Assembly (NCBI GenBank): GCA_009992175.1
Contig: JAACWA010000011.1
Span: 1-42,119 of the forward strand
Direction of reading: 5' to 3'
Source of the DNA: an archaeon
Lineage (GTDB): Archaea > Nanobdellota > Nanobdellia > Pacearchaeales > GW2011-AR1
DNA: 42,119 nucleotides
The notes below the pieces were generated by a model. It did not search any database. It was not told the origin of the DNA and worked only from the letters and a program-made list of their open reading frames with translations. How positions within the stretch are numbered: position 1 is the stretch's first letter; every line of letters starts with the position of its first letter. A program made the position numbers and the translations under genes. Below, in pieces: positions 20,428 to 29,554 of the stretch.

Positions 20428-20529
20428 ATGGAAACTGAATTTTGTATTGTTTGTGGACTTGAAACAACTGGAATAAAATGTAAATTTACTTGTCCAAACT
20501 GTGGAACGAAAAAAGACTGCTCTAACTAA
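20428..20529 (+). CDS. 33-aa CPxCG zinc-finger microprotein (HVO_2523-like; not in ORF track)
   Basis: METEFCIVCGLETTGIKCKFTCPNCGTKKDCSN, six Cys including CxxCG and CPNCG. Confidence 0.7.
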   Translation: METEFCIVCGLETTGIKCKFTCPNCGTKKDCSN

Positions 20530-20534
20530 AAAAA

Positions 20535-20607
20535 TAGCCCCCCCAGGATTCGAACCTGGGTCCCTGGCTTCAAAGGCCAGTATACTTGACCACTGTACTA
20601 GGGGGCT
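20535..20607 (-). tRNA. tRNA-Gln (UUG)
   Basis: Acceptor AGCCCCC/GGGGGCT with the archaeal A1-U72 pair, anticodon arm CTGGC-CT-TTG-AA-GCCAG, T-arm CCAGG-TTCGAAT-CCTGG. Confidence 0.95.
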
Positions 20608-20901
20608 TTAATAGAAATTTAATCTAAAAAGAATTTATAAGAGTTTTGATATTGAAAAATCAATTAAAGCCTTTTAAAAGAAAACAATTGGCCAAAGTGA
20701 CAAAATTAATGAAAAATTTTAAACTAAACCTCCTCCTTTTTTTAACAAGTAAAAAGTTCTGATAATTCATTCACATTCCTTCCTTTATGCAAGTGTCCTT
20801 TTAACTGGAGGAAAGGAACCTCTTCCTTTAACTCTTCAATCCTAACTCCTAACCCCTACTTAATAATTTTAATGAATTAATATAAAGAATTTTCAACAAA
20901 A

Positions 20902-21132
20902 ATGAATATGGAAAAAGCAACACTTTATTGCCCTAGGCAAAAAGTTTTTTTCAAAAACCTGTTAATTGAGAGGTATATTGTTCCCGCAAAGGAATTTATG
21001 CTCTCAAAAACAAGTAGACTAGAAGTAAATATATTGGGAATCGTCGGAGAACAAGCTTTGGTACTCTTACCAAAGAAAACAGCTAGAGGGGAACAAAATA
21101 CGGCACTAATTGATATGAATTACTTTGTATAA
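20902..21132 (+). CDS. Hypothetical protein
   Basis: 76-aa ORF with an upstream TATA-like element; converges on minD. Confidence 0.65.
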   Translation: MNMEKATLYCPRQKVFFKNLLIERYIVPAKEFMLSKTSRLEVNILGIVGEQALVLLPKKTARGEQNTALIDMNYFV

Positions 21133-21160
21133 TTTGAAAAAAAAGTCTTGAATTTTTAGG

Positions 21161-21197
21161 GCTTTGTCAAAAGTTTATTTTCTTTTTTTGACAAAGC
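21161..21197. terminator. 12-bp inverted repeat between convergent genes (possible bidirectional terminator)
   Basis: GCTTTGTCAAAA-N13-TTTTGACAAAGC followed by a T-rich tract. Confidence 0.5.
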
Positions 21198-21219
21198 ACT
21201 TTATTTTTTTATCTTTCTA

Positions 21220-22011
21220 TTAAAAAATAGTTTTATAAAAAAGTTCCCGATTAACGTCTTGCCTTTTTGGAGAAACATTCTGAAATATTTCTTTTATTCT
21301 AAAAGGGGCATATTTTTCTCCAGTTAAACAAGCTGCAAGTTTTTTATATTCTATACTCAAATTGGAATTTGGTTTTAAATAAGTTGAAGGAGTAAAATAA
21401 TACTGAGCCTTTAAAACTCCCACATCATGAGGAATAACTGCAAGAACTGGTACTTCACTAGTTTTTTCAATGTCCTCTAGACTAAGTTCAAATTTATTAT
21501 TATAAACCTTATTTAAGATTAAACCTGAGATTGGAGTTCCCCTTTTTTTTGCAAGAGCAATTGCTTTTAGGGTCATAGTAAGAGTAGAATAATCTGGAGT
21601 TGAAACAACAAAAAGTTCATCTGAAGAAACTATTGCTGCAAGAGTTTCATTATTCAAAGCTGGAGAAGAATCGATTAATACAAAATCATAATCTCCCTTC
21701 AACTGTTTTATTTTTTCTTTTAATTTTAATGGATCAAATTGTTTTTTAGGATACATTGAAGCGGGAATTAAATCAAAACTATCGAGTTGATGTATTGCCT
21801 CTTTAATAGAAAAATCTCCATTCAAAACATGATGAATTGTTTTTTCTGGATTTATAACATTTAAATGAATTCCTAAGTTTGGAGCAGAAAAATTTGCATC
21901 CACTAAAAGAACCTTCTTACCAAAAGAAGCGAGTGCTGCACCAAGTGAAACAACACTAGAAGTCTTTCCAACCCCTCCTTTTAAACTTAAAATTCCAATC
22001 ACCTTGCCCAT
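21220..22011 (-). CDS. minD: MinD/ParA-family ATPase
   Basis: Deviant Walker A KGGVGKT, VDAN, LIDS.P and LNK motifs. ATG 22011 lies 21 nt from a TATA box and is preferred over the 22071 start. Confidence 0.88.
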   Translation of the reverse strand: MGKVIGILSLKGGVGKTSSVVSLGAALASFGKKVLLVDANFSAPNLGIHLNVINPEKTIHHVLNGDFSIKEAIHQLDSFDLIPASMYPKKQFDPLKLKEKIKQLKGDYDFVLIDSSPALNNETLAAIVSSDELFVVSTPDYSTLTMTLKAIALAKKRGTPISGLILNKVYNNKFELSLEDIEKTSEVPVLAVIPHDVGVLKAQYYFTPSTYLKPNSNLSIEYKKLAACLTGEKYAPFRIKEIFQNVSPKRQDVNRELFYKTIF

Positions 22012-22104
22012 ACCTAAAAGAGAAAAGAATAATTTAAATACCTTGTCTTTTAATACTAAAACACTTGCCACAAGCTTTAAAAAAGAAAATTACAACTAAA
22101 TAAC

Positions 22105-22470
22105 ATGACAAAAGAAGTTAAAGAAAAAATGAAAGAGAAAAAAAAGGAAGTTAAAGAAGAAAAAAAGCTTTCCCAAAAAAAATTTGAAGAAAAGGTAAAA
22201 AAACTCGCTAAAGAAGGATTAACCTCAGAAAAGATTGGGCAAAAATTAAGGGATGAAGGAATTCACCCAAAAGAATATTCTGGAAAAATTTCCCATATTT
22301 TGGGAGAACTTTATAAAAACCCCGATTTAAAAAATGTGGAAGAAAAACTCAACAGAATTGAAAGTCACTCAAAAAAGAATAAGCAAGATAAAAGAGCAAA
22401 AAGAGAAAAAGATAGAGTTTTCTCTCAATTAAGAAAGTTAAAAAAATATTTTGGAATAGAAATTAAATAG
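22105..22470 (+). CDS. rps15: 30S ribosomal protein S15 (uS15)
   Basis: LAKEG.TSEKIG..LRD, H.KKNKQDK and LKKY motifs; conserved adjacency to the DHH nuclease. Confidence 0.85.
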   Translation: MTKEVKEKMKEKKKEVKEEKKLSQKKFEEKVKKLAKEGLTSEKIGQKLRDEGIHPKEYSGKISHILGELYKNPDLKNVEEKLNRIESHSKKNKQDKRAKREKDRVFSQLRKLKKYFGIEIK

Positions 22471-22500
22471 TCTTGTTTCTTTCGGAAGTTAGTAATTAAA

Positions 22501-23856
22501 ATGAAAGATGGTGAATTAGAAATAAAATTGGAAGAGACTGTGAATTCATTTTTAGAAAATTCAAAAGGAAAAAATATTGAAATTATTAGCCATTTTGACA
22601 CAGATGGAATTACTTCTGCATCAATAATTATCCAAGCATTAAAAAGGTTAGATCAAAAATTTTCATTGAGAATTATAAAAGGACTAAATAAAGAAATAAT
22701 TAATTCACTTAGCAAAGAAAAAATAATTCTTTTTTTAGATTTGGCTTCCGGAAGTTTAAAAGATATTGAAGAAAGAAATTTAAAAAAAGTTTATATAATT
22801 GATCATCACGAAATAGATTCTAAAAAAATTCCCTCAAACGTGGAAATAATTAATCCCGAGTTAACTTCTAAACAAAAAATTTCTTCCTCAGGTTTGACTT
22901 ACCTTTTTTGTAAAAAAATTGATGAAAGAAATAAAGATTTGGCTAAACTTGCTGTACTCGGAATGATTGGAGATATGCTCGAAAAAGAAATTGATGAATT
23001 AAATAACGGAATTTTAGAAGAAAGTGAAATTTTAAGAAAAAGAGGATTAACAATCTACCCTTCAACAAGACCATTAAATAGAGTTTTGGAATTTTCCTCC
23101 AACCCATTTATCCCTGGAGTAACTGGAAACCCTAAAGGAGTCTTTGAATTATTAAGGGAAGCGGGATTAAACCCTGAAGGAGGGAAATACAAAAATTTGA
23201 TTGACTTAACTGAAGAAGAAATGGAGAGACTAGTTACTTCAATAGTCTTAAGAAACCCTGAAAAAAAACATAAAGATTTAATTGGAGACCTTTTTTTACT
23301 CAAATTCTTTGGAAAACTTGAAGATGCAAGAGAAATCTCTGCAAAAATAAATGCATGTTCAAGAGAAGGAAGGCCTGAAGCAGCAATAGGCTTCTGCCTT
23401 GAAAATCTAGAATACAAAAAGAAAGCTGAATCAATACATACTAAATATAAACAACAATTAATTTCTGGAATAAAATTTGCACAAGACCAGAAAAAAATAA
23501 ATGGGAAAGGATACATCATTCTAAACGCAAAGGACAATATAAAAGACACCATGATTGGAACCATTTCAAGTATTCTTGCAAACTCTCCTGATTATGAGAA
23601 AGGAACTGTAATTATTGGAATGGGATATGATGGTAAAGAAAAAATAAAAGTTTCTGGAAGAAATTGTGGAAGAAAAGGAAGAAATTTAAGAGAACTTTTG
23701 TCAAACGTGATGGAATCCTTTAATGGAGAAGTTGGAGGACACCATTCTGCAGCAGGATGTGTTCTGGACATAAAAGATGAAGAGGAATTTATTGAAAGAA
23801 TAAAAAGAGAATTGGAACTAGAAATAGTAAAAATTGGTGAACATCAAAACCTTTAA
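22501..23856 (+). CDS. RecJ/Cdc45-like DHH nuclease (GAN-type)
   Basis: HFDTDG, LDLAS, IDHH and DHHA1 GGHHSAAG motifs; follows rps15. Confidence 0.88.
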   Translation: MKDGELEIKLEETVNSFLENSKGKNIEIISHFDTDGITSASIIIQALKRLDQKFSLRIIKGLNKEIINSLSKEKIILFLDLASGSLKDIEERNLKKVYIIDHHEIDSKKIPSNVEIINPELTSKQKISSSGLTYLFCKKIDERNKDLAKLAVLGMIGDMLEKEIDELNNGILEESEILRKRGLTIYPSTRPLNRVLEFSSNPFIPGVTGNPKGVFELLREAGLNPEGGKYKNLIDLTEEEMERLVTSIVLRNPEKKHKDLIGDLFLLKFFGKLEDAREISAKINACSREGRPEAAIGFCLENLEYKKKAESIHTKYKQQLISGIKFAQDQKKINGKGYIILNAKDNIKDTMIGTISSILANSPDYEKGTVIIGMGYDGKEKIKVSGRNCGRKGRNLRELLSNVMESFNGEVGGHHSAAGCVLDIKDEEEFIERIKRELELEIVKIGEHQNL

Positions 23857-23880
23857 AACACAAGCTTTCTCTCTTATTTT

Positions 23881-24582
23881 ATGGAAATTGAACCAGGAGA
23901 TATCTTAATCTGTAATGTTGAAAAAATTGTTGGAACAACTGTTTTTGTTGAAATAGTTGGAACAAAAATGCCTGGAACAATCATTTTAAGTGAAATTGCA
24001 GCTGGAAGAATAAGAAATTTAAGGGATTATGTCGTTCCAAAAAAAACAATTATTTGTAAAGTATTGAGGATTATGAATGACCATATCGAACTTTCTCTAA
24101 GAAGAGTAAAAGAAAAGGAACAAAAAGAAGTTCTTGAAAAAAATAAATTAGAAAAAAGTTATATTAATATTTTAAAATCAATTTTAAAAGAAAAAACTTC
24201 AGAAATAGTAGAAAAAATTAAAGAAAAGGCTCCACTACAAGAATTTCTAAACCTCTCAAAAGAAAATCCAAAAGAACTTGAAAAATTAATCGGAAAAGAA
24301 GACTCAAAAAAAGTAATTGATATCTTAAAAAAACAAAAAGAAAAAGTTTTTTATCTGAAAAAGGAGATTAAACTCACTTCAACAAATCCAGAAGGAATTA
24401 ATTTAATCAAAAAGATCCTCTCAAATAGGAAGGGAGTGGAAGTAAAATATATTGCTGCAGGAAGATATTCCCTAATTTCAGAAGGAGAAAATTTAAAGAA
24501 AACAGATCAGAAAATAAAAGAATTTATAGAAGAAATAGAAAAAGAATGTAAGAAAGAAAATATGGAAATGATTGTTGCCTAA
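23881..24582 (+). CDS. eif2a: Translation initiation factor aIF2 alpha
   Basis: S1 domain PGDILIC.VEKI...SEIAAGRIRNLRDYV...LSLRRV, C-terminal YIAAGRY. Confidence 0.88.
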   Translation: MEIEPGDILICNVEKIVGTTVFVEIVGTKMPGTIILSEIAAGRIRNLRDYVVPKKTIICKVLRIMNDHIELSLRRVKEKEQKEVLEKNKLEKSYINILKSILKEKTSEIVEKIKEKAPLQEFLNLSKENPKELEKLIGKEDSKKVIDILKKQKEKVFYLKKEIKLTSTNPEGINLIKKILSNRKGVEVKYIAAGRYSLISEGENLKKTDQKIKEFIEEIEKECKKENMEMIVA

Positions 24583-24637
24583 ATATCACTCAAAAAAGAA
24601 ACTAAATACTTAAATACCCGAAATTTCTAAAAAAAAT

Positions 24638-25030
24638 ATGGAAACCTCAAAATTTTATGTAAAAATTGTGGGAATAATTTTTGACCCGAAAAAGAGAAAA
24701 CTCTTAATTGGAAAAAATGTAGGAGATGAAAGATACTCTTTTTTAGAAGGGGACTTAGGGTATGAGCAAGAATTGGATGAGAAGTTAAAAGAAGTAACAA
24801 AGGAAAAAACAGGATATAAAGTTCATAATTTGGGTGCAGTTTATGCAGAAAACATGCTAAAAAACCAAGAAAAATTAAAAATTCATTTTTTATGTGAAGC
24901 TACTGAAGGAGAAGAAAAACCGGGGGAAAATGTAGAAGAACTAGTTTGGGTTAAACCTTCTGAAATAGAAGAAAAACTGGGAGTAAAACTTCCATCAAGA
25001 TTAAGGGGATACTTAATTGGGTTAGAATAA
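24638..25030 (+). CDS. NUDIX-fold protein with degenerate Nudix box
   Basis: V.GIIFD...KLLIGK, G-x-EQELDEKLKEVTKEKTG and ELVWV motifs. Confidence 0.7.
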   Translation: METSKFYVKIVGIIFDPKKRKLLIGKNVGDERYSFLEGDLGYEQELDEKLKEVTKEKTGYKVHNLGAVYAENMLKNQEKLKIHFLCEATEGEEKPGENVEELVWVKPSEIEEKLGVKLPSRLRGYLIGLE

Positions 25031-25036
25031 ATTTCT

Positions 25037-25162
25037 ATGAAATTGAAAAAATGTGTGAATTGTTCTGAATATACTCTTAAAGAAATTTGTAAAAAATGTG
25101 GAAAGAAAACTTCTGAAGCCCATTATAAATTTATTAATTTGAAACCCTTTCAAAAAAAGTAA
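25037..25162 (+). CDS. nop10: Nop10-like zinc-ribbon protein (41 aa; not in ORF track)
   Basis: MKLKKCVNCSEYTLKEICKKCGKKTSEAHY matches the CxxC-YTLK-CxxCG-T-H pattern; lies near aIF2-alpha as in other archaea. Confidence 0.8.
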   Translation: MKLKKCVNCSEYTLKEICKKCGKKTSEAHYKFINLKPFQKK

Positions 25163-25203
25163 TTCTAAATGAATTATATAAACTTCAACCTCCTTAATTA
25201 ATC

Positions 25204-27024
25204 ATGGAAGATTTATTTGAAATAGATAAAGAAAAAAAAGATTTTTTTAGAGAAGCGATTGACTTTTTAGAAAAGTATAAAGAATTTTTTGATAGGGATT
25301 TGAATATTAAGGTGGGAAACTATCTCATTTTAGAAGACCATTCTAAAGAACAAATTTACGCTGGATTTTTTCAAAATCCTAAAGAAGAAATAAAAGAAGA
25401 AATAAGGAAGAAATTTGGAAAAGAAGTTCTAAAAATACTTGAAGAACAAAAAAAATTAAAAGAAATAATCAAAAAATCTAATAAAGAAAATAGTGAAATT
25501 TTAAGAAAAGTGATTATTTCTTCAATTGAAAATATTGAAGGGATTGAAATTGAAACTATATCTAAATTTATAGTCCTTTGTGAGAAAAAAGAAAAAAATC
25601 TTGCAAAGGAAATGAATGAATTCTATGCTCCTCTTTTGGGAAGATTAGGTTTAGAAAATATTAGAAAAAAAATACTAAATGAATCTTTCAAAATTTTAAA
25701 TCCCAAAAAATACTTAGAAATTTCTAATTTTCTTAAAATGTCTAAAAATGAAAGAGAAGAATTTATAAAAAAAATCATAAAAGAATTTGAGATAAGATTA
25801 AAAAAGGAATTAAAAGGAATTAAAATAAAGGGAAGAGAAAAACAAATTTATAGTATTTATGAAAAAATAACAAAAAGAAAGGTTCCATTAAACGAACAAA
25901 AAGATCAATTTGCAATAAGGATAATTACTCCAAATATTAAAGATTGTTATAGTGTATTTGAAATAATTTCTCAAGATTATGAAGTATTGGAAGAAACAAT
26001 AAAAGATTATATTAAAAATCAAAAAGAAAATGGATATCAATCCTTACACTTTTGCATTTTATTTGAAAAAAAACTTTTAGAAATACAAATAAGAACCAAA
26101 GAAATGGATGAATTTGCAGAAGAAGGAAAAGCTGCACATTGGGCATATAAAAAAATAAAGGGGGATAAAAAATTTGAAAAGAAAACAGGTTGGTTTAAAG
26201 AATTATTAAAGTTAAAAGAAAATAAGAACTCTTTAATTAATGAACTAAAAATTAATATTTTCCAGGATAAAATTTATTGTTATACTCCAAAAGGAAAAGT
26301 GATTGAATTAAAAAATGGTTCAACTGTCTTAGATTTTGCTTATAAAATTCATGCTGAAATAGGAAATCAGTCAATAGGAGGTGTAGTTGATGGAAAATTT
26401 GTTCCATTAAAAACAATTTTAAAAAACAACCAAACAATAGAAATTACCACAAATAAGTTTCAAAGACCAAGAAGAGATTGGATGAAATTTGTAAAGACTA
26501 GTTATGCCAAAAAGATTATTTCGAGGGAGGTAAAAAGATTTGAGAATATTCCTGTGCCCAGGTCAAAACCTCTTGAAAATTCTAAGGAAAACAAAACTGA
26601 AAACCCTGTAATAATGAAAGAATTTAAAAATCATTTGTTAACATTTGCAAAATGTTGTAATCCTCTCCCTGGAGAAAAAATAATTGGAATAATCAAATCC
26701 CATAAAAGGGGTTTAATACACAAAAAAGGATGTAATAGAATTAAAGAAGCAAAAAAAAACCAAGTAGAAGCATCTTGGAAAGAAACTTTTGAAAAACAAA
26801 TAAAATTAACAGTGGAGGGAAGAGATAGGCCAGGAATTTTGGCTGACATTTTGAACACCATCTCAAGAAAAGGATTTAAAGTCGTTGAAGCAAACGCAAA
26901 ATTAGCAGGAAATGAAAATACAGAATGTTATTTTATTTTAAAATTAAACTCTCTTGAAGAATTAGAAGAAATTATTGAAAGGGTTAAAAAAATAGAGGGA
27001 ATAAAAAAAATTTGGTTAGATTAA
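25204..27024 (+). CDS. Long RelA/SpoT homologue (pseudo-HD, synthetase, TGS, ZFD, ACT)
   Basis: YAPLLGRLG, GREKQIYSIYEK, DQFAIRII, KDYI...KENGYQSLH, EIQIRT..M...AE.G.AAHW.YK, TGS (YTPKG..LDFAYKIH), AKCCNPLPG and ACT (DRPGILADI) motifs. Confidence 0.93.
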   Translation: MEDLFEIDKEKKDFFREAIDFLEKYKEFFDRDLNIKVGNYLILEDHSKEQIYAGFFQNPKEEIKEEIRKKFGKEVLKILEEQKKLKEIIKKSNKENSEILRKVIISSIENIEGIEIETISKFIVLCEKKEKNLAKEMNEFYAPLLGRLGLENIRKKILNESFKILNPKKYLEISNFLKMSKNEREEFIKKIIKEFEIRLKKELKGIKIKGREKQIYSIYEKITKRKVPLNEQKDQFAIRIITPNIKDCYSVFEIISQDYEVLEETIKDYIKNQKENGYQSLHFCILFEKKLLEIQIRTKEMDEFAEEGKAAHWAYKKIKGDKKFEKKTGWFKELLKLKENKNSLINELKINIFQDKIYCYTPKGKVIELKNGSTVLDFAYKIHAEIGNQSIGGVVDGKFVPLKTILKNNQTIEITTNKFQRPRRDWMKFVKTSYAKKIISREVKRFENIPVPRSKPLENSKENKTENPVIMKEFKNHLLTFAKCCNPLPGEKIIGIIKSHKRGLIHKKGCNRIKEAKKNQVEASWKETFEKQIKLTVEGRDRPGILADILNTISRKGFKVVEANAKLAGNENTECYFILKLNSLEELEEIIERVKKIEGIKKIWLD

Positions 27025-27605
27025 AAAAATTTCTCTTGTGAAATTTCTTTTTTTACAATTTCCATATCTTTTTCCCAAAGTGGAAGTAATTTCCGATTGT
27101 AAATTATTGCGGCAGGATGAAATAAAGGAATGAGCTTAATTTCCACTCCATTAATTTTAACAAAATTAACTTTTCCATGAACTTGAGTAATTCCAGGTTG
27201 CTTACCCATCAATTCAAGATTTCCTTCACTTAAAAAAAATTTAGTTGAATAATTTCCGAGTGAACAAATTACTTTTGGTTTTATTTTTTTTATTTGTTCC
27301 AATAACCAAGGAGTGTGTGCCTTAATTTCTTCTGGTAAAGGGTCTCTGTTTTCAGGAGGTCTACATTTCAAAATATTTGCAACATAAATTTCATCCAAAC
27401 TAAGTCCAACATTACTAAGAAGTTTATCTAGATTTTTTCCTGAAGCCCCAACAAAAGGTAAACCTTGTAAATCTTCATTTTTTCCTGGAGCTTCCCCCAC
27501 AAAAAGAATATCAGAAGTAGGATTTCCCTTCCCAACAACAATGTTTGTGCAAAGCTTACAAATTTCTGTTTCTTTCACAAGACGAATATAATCTGGTTCA
27601 ACCAT
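27021..27605 (-). CDS. Uracil-DNA glycosylase family 4
   Basis: CKLC, VGEAPG..ED..G.PFVG, NILKCRPPENR and FHPAA motifs. ATG 27605 preferred on TATA spacing. Confidence 0.93.
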   Translation of the reverse strand: MVEPDYIRLVKETEICKLCTNIVVGKGNPTSDILFVGEAPGKNEDLQGLPFVGASGKNLDKLLSNVGLSLDEIYVANILKCRPPENRDPLPEEIKAHTPWLLEQIKKIKPKVICSLGNYSTKFFLSEGNLELMGKQPGITQVHGKVNFVKINGVEIKLIPLFHPAAIIYNRKLLPLWEKDMEIVKKEISQEKFF

Positions 27606-27653
27606 ACAAAAAAGAAAACAAATCTTTTTAAATAAATTTTTATTCAACCAATT

Positions 27654-28109
27654 ATGGAAAGAACATTAGTTTTAATAAAACCGGATGCAGTTGCAAAAAG
27701 AATTGCTGGACATGTAATAAGTGATCTTTATTCTACTAATTTGAAGATGATTGGATTAAAAATAGTCAATGTCAAAAAAGAACTTGCTGAAAAACATTAT
27801 TATGATATTCCTCAAAAACATGGTCAAGAAGTTTTTGAAAAATTAATTAAACATCTTATAGGTGATCTTCACAACCACGCAAATGTAATTGCAATCGTTT
27901 ATGAGGGTGAAAATGCAATTAAAAAAATAAGAGAACTTGCAGGAAGCACCCATCCTGAAAAAGCAGATTTTTGCACACTACGTGGAAAGTATGGAAGAGT
28001 TAATTCTGAAACAGACTGTTTTGAAAATGTAATTCATGCCTCGGATTCTCCAGAATCTGCAGAAAAAGAGATTTCTTTATGGTTTGATGAAAAAGAATTA
28101 ATAAATTAA
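27654..28109 (+). CDS. ndk: Nucleoside diphosphate kinase
   Basis: MERTLVLIKPDAV, TLRGKYG and NVIHASDS motifs. Confidence 0.96.
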   Translation: MERTLVLIKPDAVAKRIAGHVISDLYSTNLKMIGLKIVNVKKELAEKHYYDIPQKHGQEVFEKLIKHLIGDLHNHANVIAIVYEGENAIKKIRELAGSTHPEKADFCTLRGKYGRVNSETDCFENVIHASDSPESAEKEISLWFDEKELIN

Positions 28110-28162
28110 AACAGCTCTTTTTCCCCAATAATACTTAAAAAACATCGAATTAATTTTAATTT

Positions 28163-29551
28163 ATGAAACTTAAAAAAAGTCTTTTACTTTTACTCTCTCC
28201 CCTCTTCCTAATAGGATGTTCAAATTTTCCAAATATTTCCAAAGAAGAAACTCCAAAACCTAAAATTGATACAGTTTATGTAACAAAAGAAATTCCAGTA
28301 AAAATAAATCCCCTTGACACTTTGAATGGACCTAATGCTTATTCAAAAGCAAAAGAATTTTTTGAAAGAGGACAAAATTTTTATGAAGAAGGAAAAGATG
28401 ATTCTTCAAAAGTTTATTTCCAAAAAGGAATGAGACTACTTTCACAATCAGCCCTTTCATTAGAAGATTATAATTTTATAGACCCTCTTGAAAATTTGTA
28501 CAACCTTGAACAATATAAATCACAAAAAGAAGCTTTAGAAAATGAAATAGAAGTTTCAAAAGAAGAGATAGCAAATGCTGAAAAAAAATTCCCAATGGGA
28601 GAAAGATTTGCAGAAAAAATTGCTTATTATAAAAAACTTTACGAAACTAGACAAAACAAATGGTTTATGAATTCCTTAGAAAAATTTTTACAATATAAAC
28701 CTTTTATAGATTCTGTCTCGAATGAAAAAGCAATTCCAAATTTGATAAAATATATGTATCCTGTAGAAAGTGGTATGGAAACCTACATAAAATCTAGAGC
28801 AGGAGCAAAAGGAATTGCTCAATTCATGACTCAAACAGCAAAATTATGGGGACTAAAAGTAATGGGAATCTGGTATGATGAGAGGATGGACCCATTAAAA
28901 GCAATCCCTGCTTCAATGGATTACATAAATTTTCTTTATTCTGATTTGGGGGATCCTAGTCTTGCAATAGCTGCTTACAACTGTGGAGAAGGAAGAGTCA
29001 TTGACAAATTAAAAAGATTTAACTCTTTTAACTTTGATGAACTTTTAAAAAAAAGAGTTTTGCCAAGAGAAACATTAGAACACCTTCCAAAAATATATGC
29101 ATATCAGGAAAAAAGCGAAGGAATAAATTTTGAAAATCCTAAAAAAGATACTATTCTAGACAATTTATTAACAAAAAATTTTGATACCTTAAATGTACAC
29201 CAACAAGCTAGTTTTGGAATTCTTGCAAAAATTTTGGGAATCTCAAAAAAAGATTTAAAAAAATATAATCCTGCATATGGGCTCGATGCAACCCCTCCAG
29301 AAAAAATAGTAAAAGGTGAATATTCTTTTGAAATAAGAGTTCCTAAAGGAACAAAAGAAAATTTAGTAAAAAAATTTTCAAAATTAAAAGAAAAGTATGT
29401 TTTTGAAGGGGGAACTTACACCATAAGAAAAGGAGATAACCTTGGAAAAATAGCAAGAAAATTTGGAGTTTCTTTATATCAATTAAAAAAAGCAAATGGA
29501 TTTCCAATAATTATTTATGCAGGACACAGATTAATTATTCCGGGAAATTAA
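28163..29551 (+). CDS. MltD-type lytic transglycosylase (GH23/SLT) with LysM, predicted lipoprotein
   Basis: Signal peptide ending LIGC, catalytic VESG, SRAGAKGIAQFM..TA..WGL, DERMDP, LAIAAYNCGEG, PRET, and C-terminal LysM YTIRKGDNLGKIARKFGVS...N....IYAGHRLIIP. Confidence 0.93.
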   Translation: MKLKKSLLLLLSPLFLIGCSNFPNISKEETPKPKIDTVYVTKEIPVKINPLDTLNGPNAYSKAKEFFERGQNFYEEGKDDSSKVYFQKGMRLLSQSALSLEDYNFIDPLENLYNLEQYKSQKEALENEIEVSKEEIANAEKKFPMGERFAEKIAYYKKLYETRQNKWFMNSLEKFLQYKPFIDSVSNEKAIPNLIKYMYPVESGMETYIKSRAGAKGIAQFMTQTAKLWGLKVMGIWYDERMDPLKAIPASMDYINFLYSDLGDPSLAIAAYNCGEGRVIDKLKRFNSFNFDELLKKRVLPRETLEHLPKIYAYQEKSEGINFENPKKDTILDNLLTKNFDTLNVHQQASFGILAKILGISKKDLKKYNPAYGLDATPPEKIVKGEYSFEIRVPKGTKENLVKKFSKLKEKYVFEGGTYTIRKGDNLGKIARKFGVSLYQLKKANGFPIIIYAGHRLIIPGN

Positions 29552-29554
29552 TAT

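Noticed and set aside
20700-20865. Pyrimidine-rich intergenic stretch as an ncRNA (e.g. SRP RNA) or gene remnant
   Set aside because: No SRP helix-8 motif or long GC-rich stems, and the short minus-strand frame has no start codon
25204-29551. Bacterial contamination or a recent genomic island explaining the RSH and SLT genes
   Set aside because: Composition looks like the flanks, archaeal TATA spacing is present, and no integrase or direct repeats are visible. Not formally excluded without reads.
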